This document shows positions 13,473 to 26,124 of a DNA stretch of 64,000 nt, piece after piece. The stretch's first letter is position 1; the number at the start of each line of letters is the position of its first letter. The notes under the pieces are model-generated. The model was not told the DNA's origin, ran no database searches, and saw only the letters and a list, made by a program, of their open reading frames with translations. The DNA is from Catajapyx aquilonaris (lineage: Eukaryota). Location of the stretch: NCBI GenBank assembly GCA_000934665.2, contig KZ538212.1, positions 1 to 64,000 of the forward strand, in the 5' to 3' direction. The translations under genes were made by a program, and so were the position numbers.

Positions 13473-14087
13473 CAGTTAGCTCTAAACGGCCAGTTAAATA
13501 TCTTCTGCTTAACCGACCGTTTAGATGCTAACTGTAGTTTAACCAACTTTTTGCAACATTAAAAGTTGTTTAAACTACAGTTAGCTCTAAACGGTCGGTT
13601 AAGCAGAATACATTTAACTGCTGGGCGTTTAGAAGCTAACTGTAGTTTAAACACCTTTTTGCAATATTAAAAGTTGGTTAAACTGCAGTTAGCTCTAAAC
13701 TGTCGGTTAAGCAGAATACATTTAACTGGGCGTTTAGGTGCTAACTGTAGTTTAACCAACTTTTTGTAATATTAAAAGTTGATTAAACTACAGTTAGCTC
13801 TAAACGGTCGGTAAGCAGAATACATTTAACCTGGGCGTTTAGGTGCTAACTGTAGTTTAACCAACTTTTGCAACATTAAAAGTTGGTTAAACTGCAGTTA
13901 GCTCTAAACGGTCGTTAAGCAGAATCCATTTAACTGGGGGTTTAGAGGCTAACTGTAGTTTAACCAACTTTTTGCAATCATTAAAAGTTGGTTAAACTAC
14001 ACGTAGCTCTAAACGGTGGGTTAAGCAGAATACACTTAACCAGCGTTTAGAGGCTAACTGTAGTTTAATCAACTTTTTTGCAATATT
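13473..14087. repeat. Tandem array of ~105 bp palindromic units (~6 copies)
   Basis: CAGTTAGCTCTAAAC recurs at ~13473, 13578, 13686, 13791 and 13896 (variant at ~14000). Each unit holds a ~30 bp inverted repeat GCTAACTGTAGTTTAACCAACTTTT / AAAAGTTGGTTAAACTACAGTTAGC. Confidence 0.92.
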
Positions 14088-16898
14088 ATGCAAATTTTAG
14101 AGGATATTCATTTCCGGTTTTTTGGACCCTCCCCCTCGGAAAAAAATGCCTCCCCCTCTTGAAACTCCCTGCGGTGCCATCAGGTTCTTCCTCTTGTTCC
14201 TCTCGCTCTCGGGCCCTTTTCTGCATTGTAAATTCATATTGACAGGAAATTCGAGGCGAAACGACCCAAGCTGACCATAATGGTTTTTCAGAGGGTGGAA
14301 AGTGAAGGAGGGACCGGGGAGTTACCCTCGAAACGAAACAAAAAAAAAAAAATCTCCATGTCCCTCGGGCTACTATAGCTTTAGCCCTCATCGTCCTTTT
14401 CGATGCCATTGTTGCGAAAAAAAATGGGCAGTAGGAAGTGGGGAGGGGGGGGTGTTTCGAAATGCCTCCTTGGAGACTTGGAAGCCTATCGGTTTTATTT
14501 TGAATTTATTCATGTAAGAATCGGCAGGCGCACTTGGAATAAATTGGAACGCGATATAACAGCTGTGTATCGGTCAGCAATCGTCTCACCATCTCGCTTT
14601 ATGTGCAAGAAAATAACTTATATGACTGAAGCAAATCAGCAACAACGGGCTATGTTTTGTGCAAAAGTTTCGGTAGGTGGCGCACGCTGCTTTCTTCCCG
14701 AAAGCGGCACGACATGACGGAGGCATTGGATTGGGATCATCAAAACGGGAAGTTCTGTCGTTTAGTCGACACAAAAGGGCTTCCACTTATACCATTTTTT
14801 TGATATTCTCTTTGGGCATCCCTTGCGCCCATGTCTCCGGTTGTGCAAAATTGCTCCCTATTTTCTGAGCGGGCCTATTACCCCTCCCAACGCGGATTTG
14901 AAATTCAGATGAGAGAGTCGAAAAGAGGCTTCCTTCTTCTCCCCTGCCACTGCTCCGGTTGCTCTCTTGCCAACCCATTTTTCACTGAATTGTCCCCCTA
15001 GTCCTCGGGGACTCATCTTTGGCCCTTTCCATCCATTGCCCTCCTATAGTCTCTACTTTTTTTATGACAACCACCTCCGGGCAGGTATTCAAATATGTGT
15101 GGCCTCTGGAAACATTACGAGCTGTTCCCCCCACAAGTTTCGTGAAATATACGCAAGCTCGGGTTCATTAGTGGCCATACCCATGTGTGTATGCACTAAT
15201 TTGATGTCCAGGAGATGGATGCCGAACTCTGACCCCGGCTGTCCTTATGTTGGCAAGCAACTCTTATGACCAGAAAAAGAAAAGGACTGCTGCCTGCCAC
15301 CACTCAAAAAAAAGAGAAATAAGAAATGGAATTCCATTCCCAGCAGTGGAAAAAGGCACCGGGCTTTGAAAGGTCATCCGGCAGCGTGTCAGACCTTGTA
15401 GAGAGGTCACGGTGCACATGTGTTGCAGGAAGCTAATGTAAGATCTAACTGGATTTTTCTTCCAGTTTTTTTTTAAACCGGCTGATTACAAAACGATTAG
15501 GCCAGTCGTGCTAATAATTCAAACCGTCATATTAGCCTACTATTAATTAATTGCTAATAGCAACTGGCTGCATTTTTTTTCGGAGGGGCTCAGCAGTTAT
15601 TTTGGGCATTGAGTGTGTTTTAGTGATTCAGAGGCCTCCCACCAATCCGGCTATTGAAACATGGCTGGCCAATAAATAAGCTGTGACAGTTTGAGTGAAA
15701 CCCCCTTGTAGAATATAAGGGGCCTCCCAGCATCCAGCAGGCTATGCTTACCGCATTAGAAGGCCTACAGAGCAATAATTACTAAAACCAAGGTTGCAGT
15801 CACGAAGCGGTTTGCTGCCGTTGCGTTGCGGCCATCCTGAACCTGGCTATGTACTGCTATGTACACCTCACGCATGCAACACTTTACATACGCTCAAAAA
15901 AAATCCCCCTGTATAATTTGGTGGGACCACGCTTTTCCCACACTCTGCATATTCCGAGCCAGGAATTGTTCAGCCCAGCAACCTTAGAGTGATGTGAGGT
16001 CATTTGCATCTGAACAAGTGTCGTCCGCCTTTGATAAATTGAGTGTGTGGAAGTTTGCTGAGAGAGAGGTGGAAGGAAGGGCCATCCATTTTTGGGAGCG
16101 ACAGGCCCGGGGGCTTATCAAAACCGCCGGATTGCGAATGGGAAGAGAAAAATGGAGAAATTTTCGGAAAGGGCAGGAGAGGAAGGGCGGGCTTGATTGT
16201 CCTCTGGGACAACCCTAGGGATGTGGGAGGAAGAGAGAGAGAAAAAAACACATTCTGAGAGAGACCCCCATCAGGGAAAAAGGTTTTCAACAACTGGTCC
16301 AATTTGAGGGGGTTAACTGCTGCGTATACCTAAAATGTTCCGGACAGACATTGGCGACGAGACATTGCCAAATTCGCCTCCCATCTTCATGTTATTTCCT
16401 TCAAATGGTCCAGTGTCCTCAGCGGATCTATGCCCTCATCTATTTCCGTCTCTTTTCTCCTGGTCTGTTCCATCCATCAGGTTCGCCCCACTGAAAAGAT
16501 GCTTTTCCCAGACAACCCAAAACCAACCCCTTGGCCTGGCAACTGTGGGTGGAAGGGTGGGAGGGGAGGGCGAGAGGGAGAACGAAAAAACCTCCCCCAA
16601 AATGGATTTTTAATGAGACAGCCCTGACCAAAAGCTGTGCCCTTAATAGAGACGCTCCCAGTGAAGAAGGAGAGGGGGGGGGGGGGTGTGCAACTATTGA
16701 TAGTGACCTAACCATCGGACGGACCATACGTCAAAAAAAGGATGGAGGAAGAAGGGTGGGGGAGGCATGAAAAGCTATTTTTTAAATACTAACAAACACT
16801 CACCCTCCGCACCCCCCTCCACCCCCGCAACCCAAAGCTTTTGGTAGTGACAGGTCTAAAAGATGAACTGAGAATCCGTCTGCTTAAGGGGTGGGTGG

Positions 16899-16950
16899 NN
16901 NNNNNNNNNNNNNNNNNNNNNNNNNNNNNNNNNNNNNNNNNNNNNNNNNN
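16899..16950. other. Assembly gap next to a poly-G tract
   Basis: 52 Ns followed by a G13 run. Confidence 0.99.
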
Positions 16951-17689
16951 GGGGGGGGGGGGGACTATAGGTCTATAGGTGGCCCAAAAGAGACTCACAT
17001 GGTGGTTGGGGAGAACAATCTGCAATTTCTTTGAACTTGATTTTTAGACACCCTGTACATCACATTGCACTTTTGGCGGGCATTGACGAGACACCCGGTA
17101 CCACTACTTGCAGTATTGCCAATCTAGAGTCACTGACTGGCGTGTCAGCTCTTGTGTTGGCACCCTTGAGGCCGCCAAATTTGAATCGGACGTATGAACC
17201 GGCATGCACTGCGGTTTCTGGGCTGAACTGTCCATACCATTTCCTCCTTGTTGTTGGACCCTGTACATGGAGAGTGAATATGATTCCCCCAACCAACCCA
17301 ACCCACCCACCAAAACCGCGCAGAAGAAAATATATAGGGCGTGTAGTTTAGCGCAAGGCCCGGAAGAAGACCAGGGGCTCTGTCTGCATGGTGGGGGACT
17401 CCCACCCCATCTCTCCTCTTTTTGGAAGCTTCGTCGCTGTCCGGGTGCCTTCCGGTGTCCGGAAACGGGAACCGGAAGCTCTTTCGCGTCGCCGGACACC
17501 GTCCCTTATCTGTCCAGACAGCTACGAACAAAACACTGTTACTGATGGAGGGGACCAGGATTGCCAATACGGGTTGCCGCCAACTACTGTCAACCTCCCC
17601 ACCAAGGGTTGATGCCCGACCCGAATGTCACTGCTGTTGGCAGCCCTGGCGATCACACGGCTCTAATCAGCCAGTAACAACACTCGCTG

Positions 17690-18360
17690 ACCAACAGTTG
17701 TAGTGCCATTGGAAATCGCAGACCTGTTGGCAGCACTGTTCGGAACTATTTACTATTGGTACCCCTGGTCACGTGACCAACAGTGGTGCCAACATCTGTT
17801 CTCTAATGTACTGTTGGCACCACTGTTCATCACATGACCAGGGGTGCCAATCATACACCTGTTGGCAGCACTGTTCGGAACCCAGTGGTGCCAATCATAC
17901 ACCTGTTGGCAGCACTGTTCGGAACCCAGTGGTGCCAATAGTACATTAGAGAACAGATGTTGGCACTACTGTTGATGTCACGACCATTGGTGCCAATAGT
18001 ACATTAGAGAACAGATGTTGGCACTACTGTTGGTGTCACGACCATTGGTGCCAATAGTACATTAGAGAACAGATGTTGGCACTACTGTTGGTGTCACGAC
18101 CATTGGTGCCAATCATACACCTGTTGGCAGCACTGTTCGGAACCCAGTGGTGCCAATATACGGTAGTAGCATACACATGTTGGAACCACTGTTAGTCGCA
18201 TGACCAGTGGTGTCAATAGCGTACATTTTGTTGGCACCACTATTCAGAACTCAGTGGTGCCAGTAGTACACGTATTGGCACCAATGTAGGTCGCCTGACC
18301 AGTCGTGCCAATAGTGCATGTGTTGGCACCGCTGTTTCGGAACCCAGTGGTGCCAATGAT
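17690..18360. repeat. Mosaic tandem array of alternating GTTGGCA(C/G)CACTG and CAGTGGTGCCAA inverted motifs (44 bp and 58 bp unit types)
   Basis: 44 bp units (TCATACACCT GTTGGCAGCACTG TTCGGAACC CAGTGGTGCCAA) and 58 bp units (TAGTACATTAGAGAACAGAT GTTGGCACTACTG TTGGTGTCACGAC CATTGGTGCCAA) are interleaved, with diverged units at the right end. Confidence 0.92.
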
Positions 18361-18805
18361 TCGTGTAATGTTGGATTAGGTCGACTATACCACGAATTTC
18401 GCACTGCAATATAATATATTAGACCAATTATCTTGTTTACAACTTCTGGAGACATGACGGCCTAGTGTCACTGTCACGTCAGGACACAAACGGGGGTTTG
18501 TGTGGGGGGAAGGAAAAGGCTGCGGCCCTTTGGCCTCCTCCTGTATATTATTTTTCCACCAAAAACAAGTCCTTTTCTGGAGCGGCAAGAGACGAGCACC
18601 TGTCATCTCTGCCGGTACACCCAGGGAATACGTATCTGGAGGGCTCACTCTGATGTTGGCAGCCTGGATAAAGCGCGCTTAAAACCTATTTTCTTTTTAA
18701 GACAGAAAAAGGACATGAAACGAAGCTTTGTGTTATATAGGGTATACCGTCGGAGGTTGAGTGAAATGTTTATGCTTCATGTCGTACCTTTTCGGATTGT
18801 TGCAG

Positions 18806-18908
18806 GCCATACGGTGCACTGTCCCCAGCTGCAGCTGCGAGTGCTTCATCCCAGGGAAGATGCAGGTGCGACGTTGCCAAACCTGCGCCCACGACTGGGT
18901 CCCGCATG
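18806..18908 (+). CDS. Basonuclin-like coding exon A: Cys/His-rich N-terminal module
   Basis: ttgcag|GCC acceptor and CAT G|gtgagt donor. Encodes AIRCTVPSCSCECFIPGKMQVRRCQTCAHDWVPH, recognisably like vertebrate basonuclin AISCT..C.C.CFQPGKIN.R.CDQCKHGWVAH. Confidence 0.93.
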
Positions 18909-21900
18909 GTGAGTACCTTTGCCTACGACACTTCCATCGCCCAGGAATGCCAACCGAATAACGCGGAAGTGTTTCAGCACGTGCCCCCGGATATTTGACA
19001 CTCCTCCTTTTTCCCTCATCGGAAATTGTCTCCGGTTTGAGGCCCCCCTGTATATAGGACCCCTAGGAGATGAGGCGACCTCCCAAAAATAGCAGGTTGT
19101 AAGGGAGGGGGGGTGGTCACCGCCGTTTATTGTTCTTTGACGGGACTCCCCCCAGCTGGTTGGCATGTTCCAGGAGATGATGCTGAAGTATGGTGCTGCT
19201 GGGGAATGGTGGGGGAAAAGGCAGGCCTATTTTTACTATGGGTTTCGAGACAGATGCCCGGTGACCTCTGGCACGCGCCCTCAATTTCCGGACTCTCGGG
19301 GTCAAGATGGCTTGACACAGGAATAGATGGCCACTGGCGCGGGGTGGACGACTTTAGATGCCCATATGGTCAAACACTTCCGGTATTGCTTGGAGGGGAT
19401 GTATTTTTGGGCGACCCAAGGGTGTCTGCGGGTGACAAGAGTTCAAAAAGGTCGCTTTGTGGCTGAAGTGATCACATTGTCTGCATTTTTCTGGAGTTAA
19501 CCGGTACCGATACTTTCCATATGTGCGACGCATTTTCTCCGTGTACTGACTCCCTTGTTTCCGTGCAATGAAGCTGGTCAAGACTTGCTTCCGTGATTGT
19601 GCATCTCACGCAAAGTCTGCCACACTTTTTTCCCCCTCACCACAGCATAATTCGCAATGTACATTTTTTTCCGCAAAAAAAATATGTACACTACGGAAAA
19701 TTTGAGTATACATTGCAGGTAAAGGCCGAATGGTGTGGCCCTCAACAAATTTTGGGTTGCGGAAGTTTTTCGCTCTATCCAAGGCTGTGTGTGTGTGGTG
19801 CACTTTTTTTTTCGCAGTGGTCCTGACACATTTTGATGGATGAGGAAACAATTAAGACCGTGTGAGTAGAGGGGGTTACAGTACATGTACGATGTATCAG
19901 CACGTGACTCGCAGGGGGAAACACGGAATGAACGCACAGTATGATTTGCGTGCCAAAGGTTTTTCAGCTGTTGGTCCCGGGGTATACCGAAGGGGGTCCT
20001 GTTTTGCAAAAGTGGGATAATAATACCGGTCGGAATAAGGCAAGACTTTGGGGTTCTATCCATCAATCATTCCGCATCACGTACCGCCTAATTAGTGTAT
20101 ACGAGGGGCGACAACTTCTGATCGAGCGATGGTCGCCTCCCCGATATATAAAGGGTCATCCGAAATTTTCTCGCCCTCTCTGAGAATTTGCAGGGAGTTT
20201 AAAAAAAAGAAGTATCAAGGGCTATGTGAAAACCTGACGTCACCTAGTTGCCTACATGGAAAGGGAGGGGACGAGCGGTTGACCTTTTCGTGCCGAAAGC
20301 AATCTTTAACCACCCCCCTTTTACAAACCCTTTTTACCCCCGTCTCATTCCTTCATCTTGGAAGCCCTCGGAGGCAAAATTTATATTGTTGAAGAACAAA
20401 AAAAAAAAAAGTGAAAAAATGGCGGTGACAGCGACCCCCCTCTTGCCATCACCCCCCGCCCGCTAATTTCCATCTTGATTGGGTCCAGTCTGGTGTCTTG
20501 CCGCCAAGGTCACCACAGTGTTGCCAGGTCGAGAATAATAAGTGGGGGGGAAAATGTCATTGTCATGGCGGCAAGTTTTAGGGACGTCCCTTTTTGGTTT
20601 GGGTTATAGGGGGAACGCGGCTTTCTCTCTGTCGGCGAATGTACCCAAGACAAGACCCCCGACCGTGCGCCTGATTAACCCGCAACACCCCCACCCTATG
20701 GCGACCCAGGGTTGTCACATCTCCCCACTCATTTTTTCTCTGAAGCGCACAGAAAAAAATTCGGGTAATTAGGAGTAAGCTTCGAGCCACGTTGCGCCAA
20801 CCGCTTCTCTTTACTTAGTGTCGGCGGAAGTGTAAACTGTTTACATTGTTGGCCCGCGTCCAGGGTTCAAATTTAGTGCCAGTCAGCGTGTCCGGACACT
20901 GGAGAAATTTGGAAGGGGGGGAAAGCAGCCTTTTTTTTTACTGATCTCATTAATCTGGGCTCAAAAAATTATAGTGTCGGTTCTTGTCGTTTTTTGGGAG
21001 CAGCCAAGGACACATGTCCTGCGACGCCATGTAATGTCAGGGTATACCCTTTCCTTCCAGCCCAATTGTTGCGGTCCAAATCACGCAGCATTTTTTGAAG
21101 GAACCTTCATCAGAGGCCGGGAGAAAAAAAATTGGGGGAAGACCACTGGCATTTTTAGGGGGGGGGGGGCTGACATTTTGTTATGTCCAGCTTTTATTTT
21201 CCTGTAGGGATTTCCCTAACGGTTATTGTTGAGCTGAGGAAAGGCCATTTTGCCTTTTATATTTTCCGGTCTGCTGTCCCCTTGTCGCGACGTATTTTGT
21301 GTAGGTTATGACCACCCCTGTAGAGGTCCAAAAGGCGGCGGAAGGTTGTTTGGACATGGAGCTGTCATCTGCACTTTGGCCAATGGGACGTGGAGAGAAG
21401 TTGGTTGCACACTGGGGTCAACTCAAATGGGCACGATCTGGCCCCCAGCTCACAATGAATCATCCTGTGACTTCTACAGGGTGTGCAGGATTGATCTTTG
21501 CAATAAGCCTACTTATTAGGCCAATGCCAGGGATTCCGATGGCTGAGCTCTTTGGCCTCAGGCCCATTTCAGCTCTATGGGAAGTGATATGAGAGTGGGA
21601 AACAAATGGGGCCGTCAGTTTGTCTTAAGTCTGTCCGATGCATAATCTGACCAAACAGATAACAATCCCGGAAAGCGCGCAACATCCGGACCATCTTTCC
21701 AGAAAATGATAGTAATCCTTGCTTTTTCTTATGTGGCGAGAGGCCCCCCCATTTTTCTGTCTTCTTCACACTCGTAGGGAATTTTTTCTTCTTCTTCCCT
21801 GCCTCCCCCCTGCCGGCATGGGTAATTGTCCCTTTGTGTTTTTTCGATTTTAATTAAGGCGGGCGGCATTTTTTTTTTCTTTCTTTATTCACTATCTGTT

Positions 21901-24900
21901 TCTCCGGAGGTTGTCTTATAACGTGGGGGTCTCCTCCTCCTTCCTGTCCGGGCATTCCTTCCGTGGGAAGGACACGAACCGGGGACTCGTGTCAGTGATC
22001 TCAATTCTTTACAACTCTAGCCAAAAATTGTTCTCGCCATTTGAGCCCAAGAAGGGATTATGGCGAGGGGCTCAAATTGTACATTGTTGCATTCGGAGTC
22101 AAGGTTCTGTGGGAGGGTTACAATGGATCGGAAACTTTATTGAATTTGATGTAATTACCGGAACATGATCTTATAAGGCGATGAAATTTTTTTAATGAAT
22201 GCATATATACGATAAGGGAAATTTTTGTGGCCACCTTCGTTGGGTTATTTACGCAGCACCCGGCCGGCTCGTTATTGATATAGACAACGGTTGTGTTTCA
22301 TGCAAAGCCTTGGCCGGGATTAAGTATTTAGTGTCCGTATGACAGAATCGGTTGAACTTAATGGCGCCAAGCAGAAATGAGGCCTGAAAACGCAAATCCT
22401 CCGAGCAACTCTAAAAGAGCTCTTTTCCCTCCCCAGTGCTATCACACTAATTAAATCACCTCCCCCCTCTTGTTTTTATACATATATTTTTTCCCCGACG
22501 TGAGAGTTGAGTCCACTTTGTCGGCCACTTTTTAAATACACAAAAAAATGAGAGGGGGGATAAACTTGTGGGATAAACACTGCTCCACCCAACTCCAAAA
22601 CAACATGGAAGCTGCAGGAGGAAGACTGTGTATGGTGGACTGTGGTCGTATAATGGGTGAGCAGCACCTGATGCTTGATTGTCCCGAGGGAATCATGATG
22701 TCCGGACCACCCGCGTCGAAGGTCACCACATCTCGGTAACAGAAAGAGTTTAAGTTGAGACCCACACACACACACATATAAGCCAGTGAAGCTTTCATTA
22801 TGGGGCCAGTCCTAATTGCAAATTGCGGAGGGGCCGAGCTGTACACACACAATTGGCCGGACCAAACTCGCGAAAGGGTCGTATCCTGTTGCCAATTTAT
22901 GTGACGGATTTGCAATAATTATATTCGAAAGATTGTGTGGGGCCAACGATTCAAAAGGAGCATAAATTGCTGGCTCGAATCAGGCGCAAAACTAACTAGG
23001 AAGCCGGCTGTTTGTTTACTTTTTATTTGATTTTAATGTGCCACAGCAGGGATCAACGCCCTTGAAAGAGGAAACCTTATGACAATACGAAACTTACACC
23101 GACATTATGCTGTGCAGTGATGACTTGCACAGAATTATTATACAGAGTCTCCACTATGCTATTAATTGGCATTAATTGTGTCGCTCCAGTTTCTCCAGCC
23201 CACATTAAATCGACTTTCCAGCAAATTCTGTTATTGCAGACCTGAATCGAAGCAACATATTGACTTATTCCATCGGGAGGGCCCCGTATGATTCCGAAGT
23301 CAAAAGATGTGCAAAATTTTGGTGGCTCTCCGATAACATCCATTTCCTCTCATTTCCCCTCTGAACCAGTGCGATGCATGAGCTGGGCCTTTGCTTGCAT
23401 AACCCTGCCGGAATAATATTATCATCCCAGTGTCAAGGGGTGGTTGGGAGGTCCGAAAATTTCAGACAAAACTGGCCCAGAGGAATATATCCTTGGCATA
23501 GTTGCAACGTCACGGAGTTAGGAAGGAAGGAAGGAAAAGGAATGAAAAGTGGTCATCGTAATCGGGTCGTCTCCATGACAAAAGGGCGCCATGACCAATT
23601 TGACAAATCGTCCTTAATGTCGCCTAATAGAACCGTCAGAGAGGAAGAGAGGGGTGGGTGTTGTGATGGGAGGGGTATAGGGAAAGAGCGTCGCGTGCTC
23701 TACTGCATTTTGCAGGCATCGAGAGATGGGACCAGCCAGCAGCAAGCAGGATGAATGGATATGGGGGGAGAAAAATAATGGAAAGAGGGGGAGGGGGGGG
23801 GGGCTTCAGAAACAATAGGATGCTTGTCAAGCGCTTACCTTCGACATGCAGTCCTTAAGAGCAAGTGGCCTAAATCGCTGCTGCGAGGATGAAAAAAAAA
23901 CTGGTCGTATCAAAAGGGAGTTGATTGTTTCCTGCCATTGTTGCGATTTTGTTGATGGGAAGACATCGATCTGTGCGGCGTTGACAATATTCAGAGCCGA
24001 TTTAATAATTTCTTCGTGCCGCTTGAATTGAGATTTACATCGAGAGTGATGTTAGGGTGTACACACACACACACACGTCATGCTTCCCAGGAGGCAGTGG
24101 TCATCAGTGACCCGAAGACTAGATCATGCATCACGCATGCCAAGGACTGACCTTCTCCGAAATCCCACACAACATAATCCACAATGGAAAAAAGATGATT
24201 CTCCATGTTTCCGGAATCCCTTGGGAACCCGGATGGAGATGACCTCCCGGATAATAAGAGAGAGAAGAGACGGGTCAGGGTGACCTCTCCTTTGGCACCC
24301 CCGATCCATAGATCCGACCTCCTTTTTTTTCCCCCTCCACATCACACGTCAATCGTGTGTCAGCCCAGGAAACAGGTCCCACATGTTCTCTTTTTCTTGT
24401 TTCCATGTTGCCCACCCCCGTCTCCCTTGATCGAGGCCTGAGTTATGCGAGGGACTAATCACCCAAAATGTCCCGGACTAAGTAACCCAAGCCCCGTTCC
24501 ACCCCAGAGCTCATAAACAGACGTGTGGGTGCCTGATTGTCGCCAGAACATGTCTAACTTTTTTTTTTCACCCACCCTTCTCTCTATATTTTTTTTCTCT
24601 CTCTCTACTTTCTATACCAGGCCCTCCCGCCCCCTTGGCTCTAAAGTAGCCTGGAAAATGTCACCTCCGCCCTCGAACCACACTGACAGCCCCTAGAGGA
24701 GGGAGACCTTCTATTACGCGTCTGGAACCACGTTTTCAGCGTTTTATCTCATGGTAATCATGCACTCAAGTCGTTAGCATTTGCAGGCCACTTTGAAAGA
24801 AAAAAAAAAAGTTGGCCTGGAAAATTAATTTAGGTGTCGTCGGATCGGCTGGTGGCGCCACTAGTACGACACCTATAACTGTACTTTTGACATCAGGACA

Positions 24901-25909
24901 CTCTATCCAGAATTGAGATGGCAATTTTGCTGACTTGTATCGGAAGAGCTTCAATTGGCCAGGTTTTCTCCCCCTCTCAACATCATCCCCTGTCTGTTGG
25001 AGCAGCATCAAATGTGGTGGCGAGTAAGGGGATAAAAGGAGGAAGAGACCCCCTGGAGTCATATTTAGAGGGTTGAGTTGGAGTGTGATGGGGGGAGGTC
25101 GAAATAGTAGTCCTTCTCCTTCCCCCTGTGGGAAAAATCCTAGCCACCATCTGTAGGGAAGAGAGGGGGAGGAAAAGCGTGTCGTCCGGCAGCAAATGGC
25201 CCGTGACAAGGCTGGAAAGATTAGCATCACAAAAGGAGGCCTCCTTGTCGCCCTCAACAACTCCAAAATGGAAGGAATGGAGACCTCAACTTGCCAACAA
25301 AAGGACGCGGCCACGAGCCTCGCTTCTTCATATAGTTCTTATACCCAACCAAGAAGGGCACCGATGTCAAAGGTGCGCGTTTTTTAAAAAAAACACGAAA
25401 AAATGGGGCTATGATAATCCGAGGACCTTTATCGACAAGGTCCGGCTATTGAAAAAAAAAGCTCATCATCTCTTTTTTACTCTCCCTCGGTTGCTGCCCG
25501 TTTCATGAATTATTCGCTTAGTTTTTCCATGTCCCTGGATGTCCCTTTTTTGAAATATCCGGGTTATATCCGGACCCCAGGGAGATTTTGTATGAATTGA
25601 GAGAGGGAAGCGGTGGGGACATCTTTTCCATTTTTTATTCTAAATTTTTCTGGGGGTCCGGGGGGATAATGATGCCATTGGGGGGGGGGGGAGGCTAGTG
25701 ACATTGGCAGGCGATGAATAATGTCGTAATTGAAAAAGGTCATTCCCTAGCCTCTGTCGGGAAGGTTTTATACAAATGGGAATGGACGAAGGGAAGAGAA
25801 GGCCACTTGTTATTGCAATTTTTTGGACACTGAAGTTGATACTTTGATCGTCTAGGCTCTAGGAGTCAAAATGGGGGTCCTATAGCACTGGGATTTTGAG
25901 AAACTTGTA

Positions 25910-26124
25910 AGGTGAAGTGGGGTAAGTGCATACACGGGGTAAGTGCATAAACTGGCCGCCATATTGGAATGAAAATGGCTGACATGCTCACCTCTTGTGG
26001 GGATGTGATGTGCAGCTACACAAAAGAGTGCCTGACGTGTTTTGGTGTCGTCAGCCATTTTCATTCCAATATGGCGGCCCCGTGTATGCACTTACCCGGT
26101 GTATGCACTTACCCCACTTCACCT
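25910..26124. mobile_element. 215 bp TA-flanked MITE with long terminal inverted repeats
   Basis: TA|AGGTGAAGTGGGGTAAGTGCATACAC...GCCGCCATATTGGAATGAAAATGGCTGAC mirrored by GTCAGCCATTTTCATTCCAATATGGCGGC...GTGTATGCACTTACCCCACTTCACCT|TA; arms of ~75 bp. Confidence 0.88.

Noticed and set aside
17690..18360. CRISPR array or integron cassette array
   Set aside because: Spacers recur rather than being unique, repeats alternate in orientation, there is no cas or integrase gene, and the context is a spliced eukaryotic locus.
21962..21969. Su(H) site CGTGGGAA and scattered TCF-like CTTTGAT sites as enhancers
   Set aside because: Isolated short motifs at roughly chance frequency; not supportable without conservation data.
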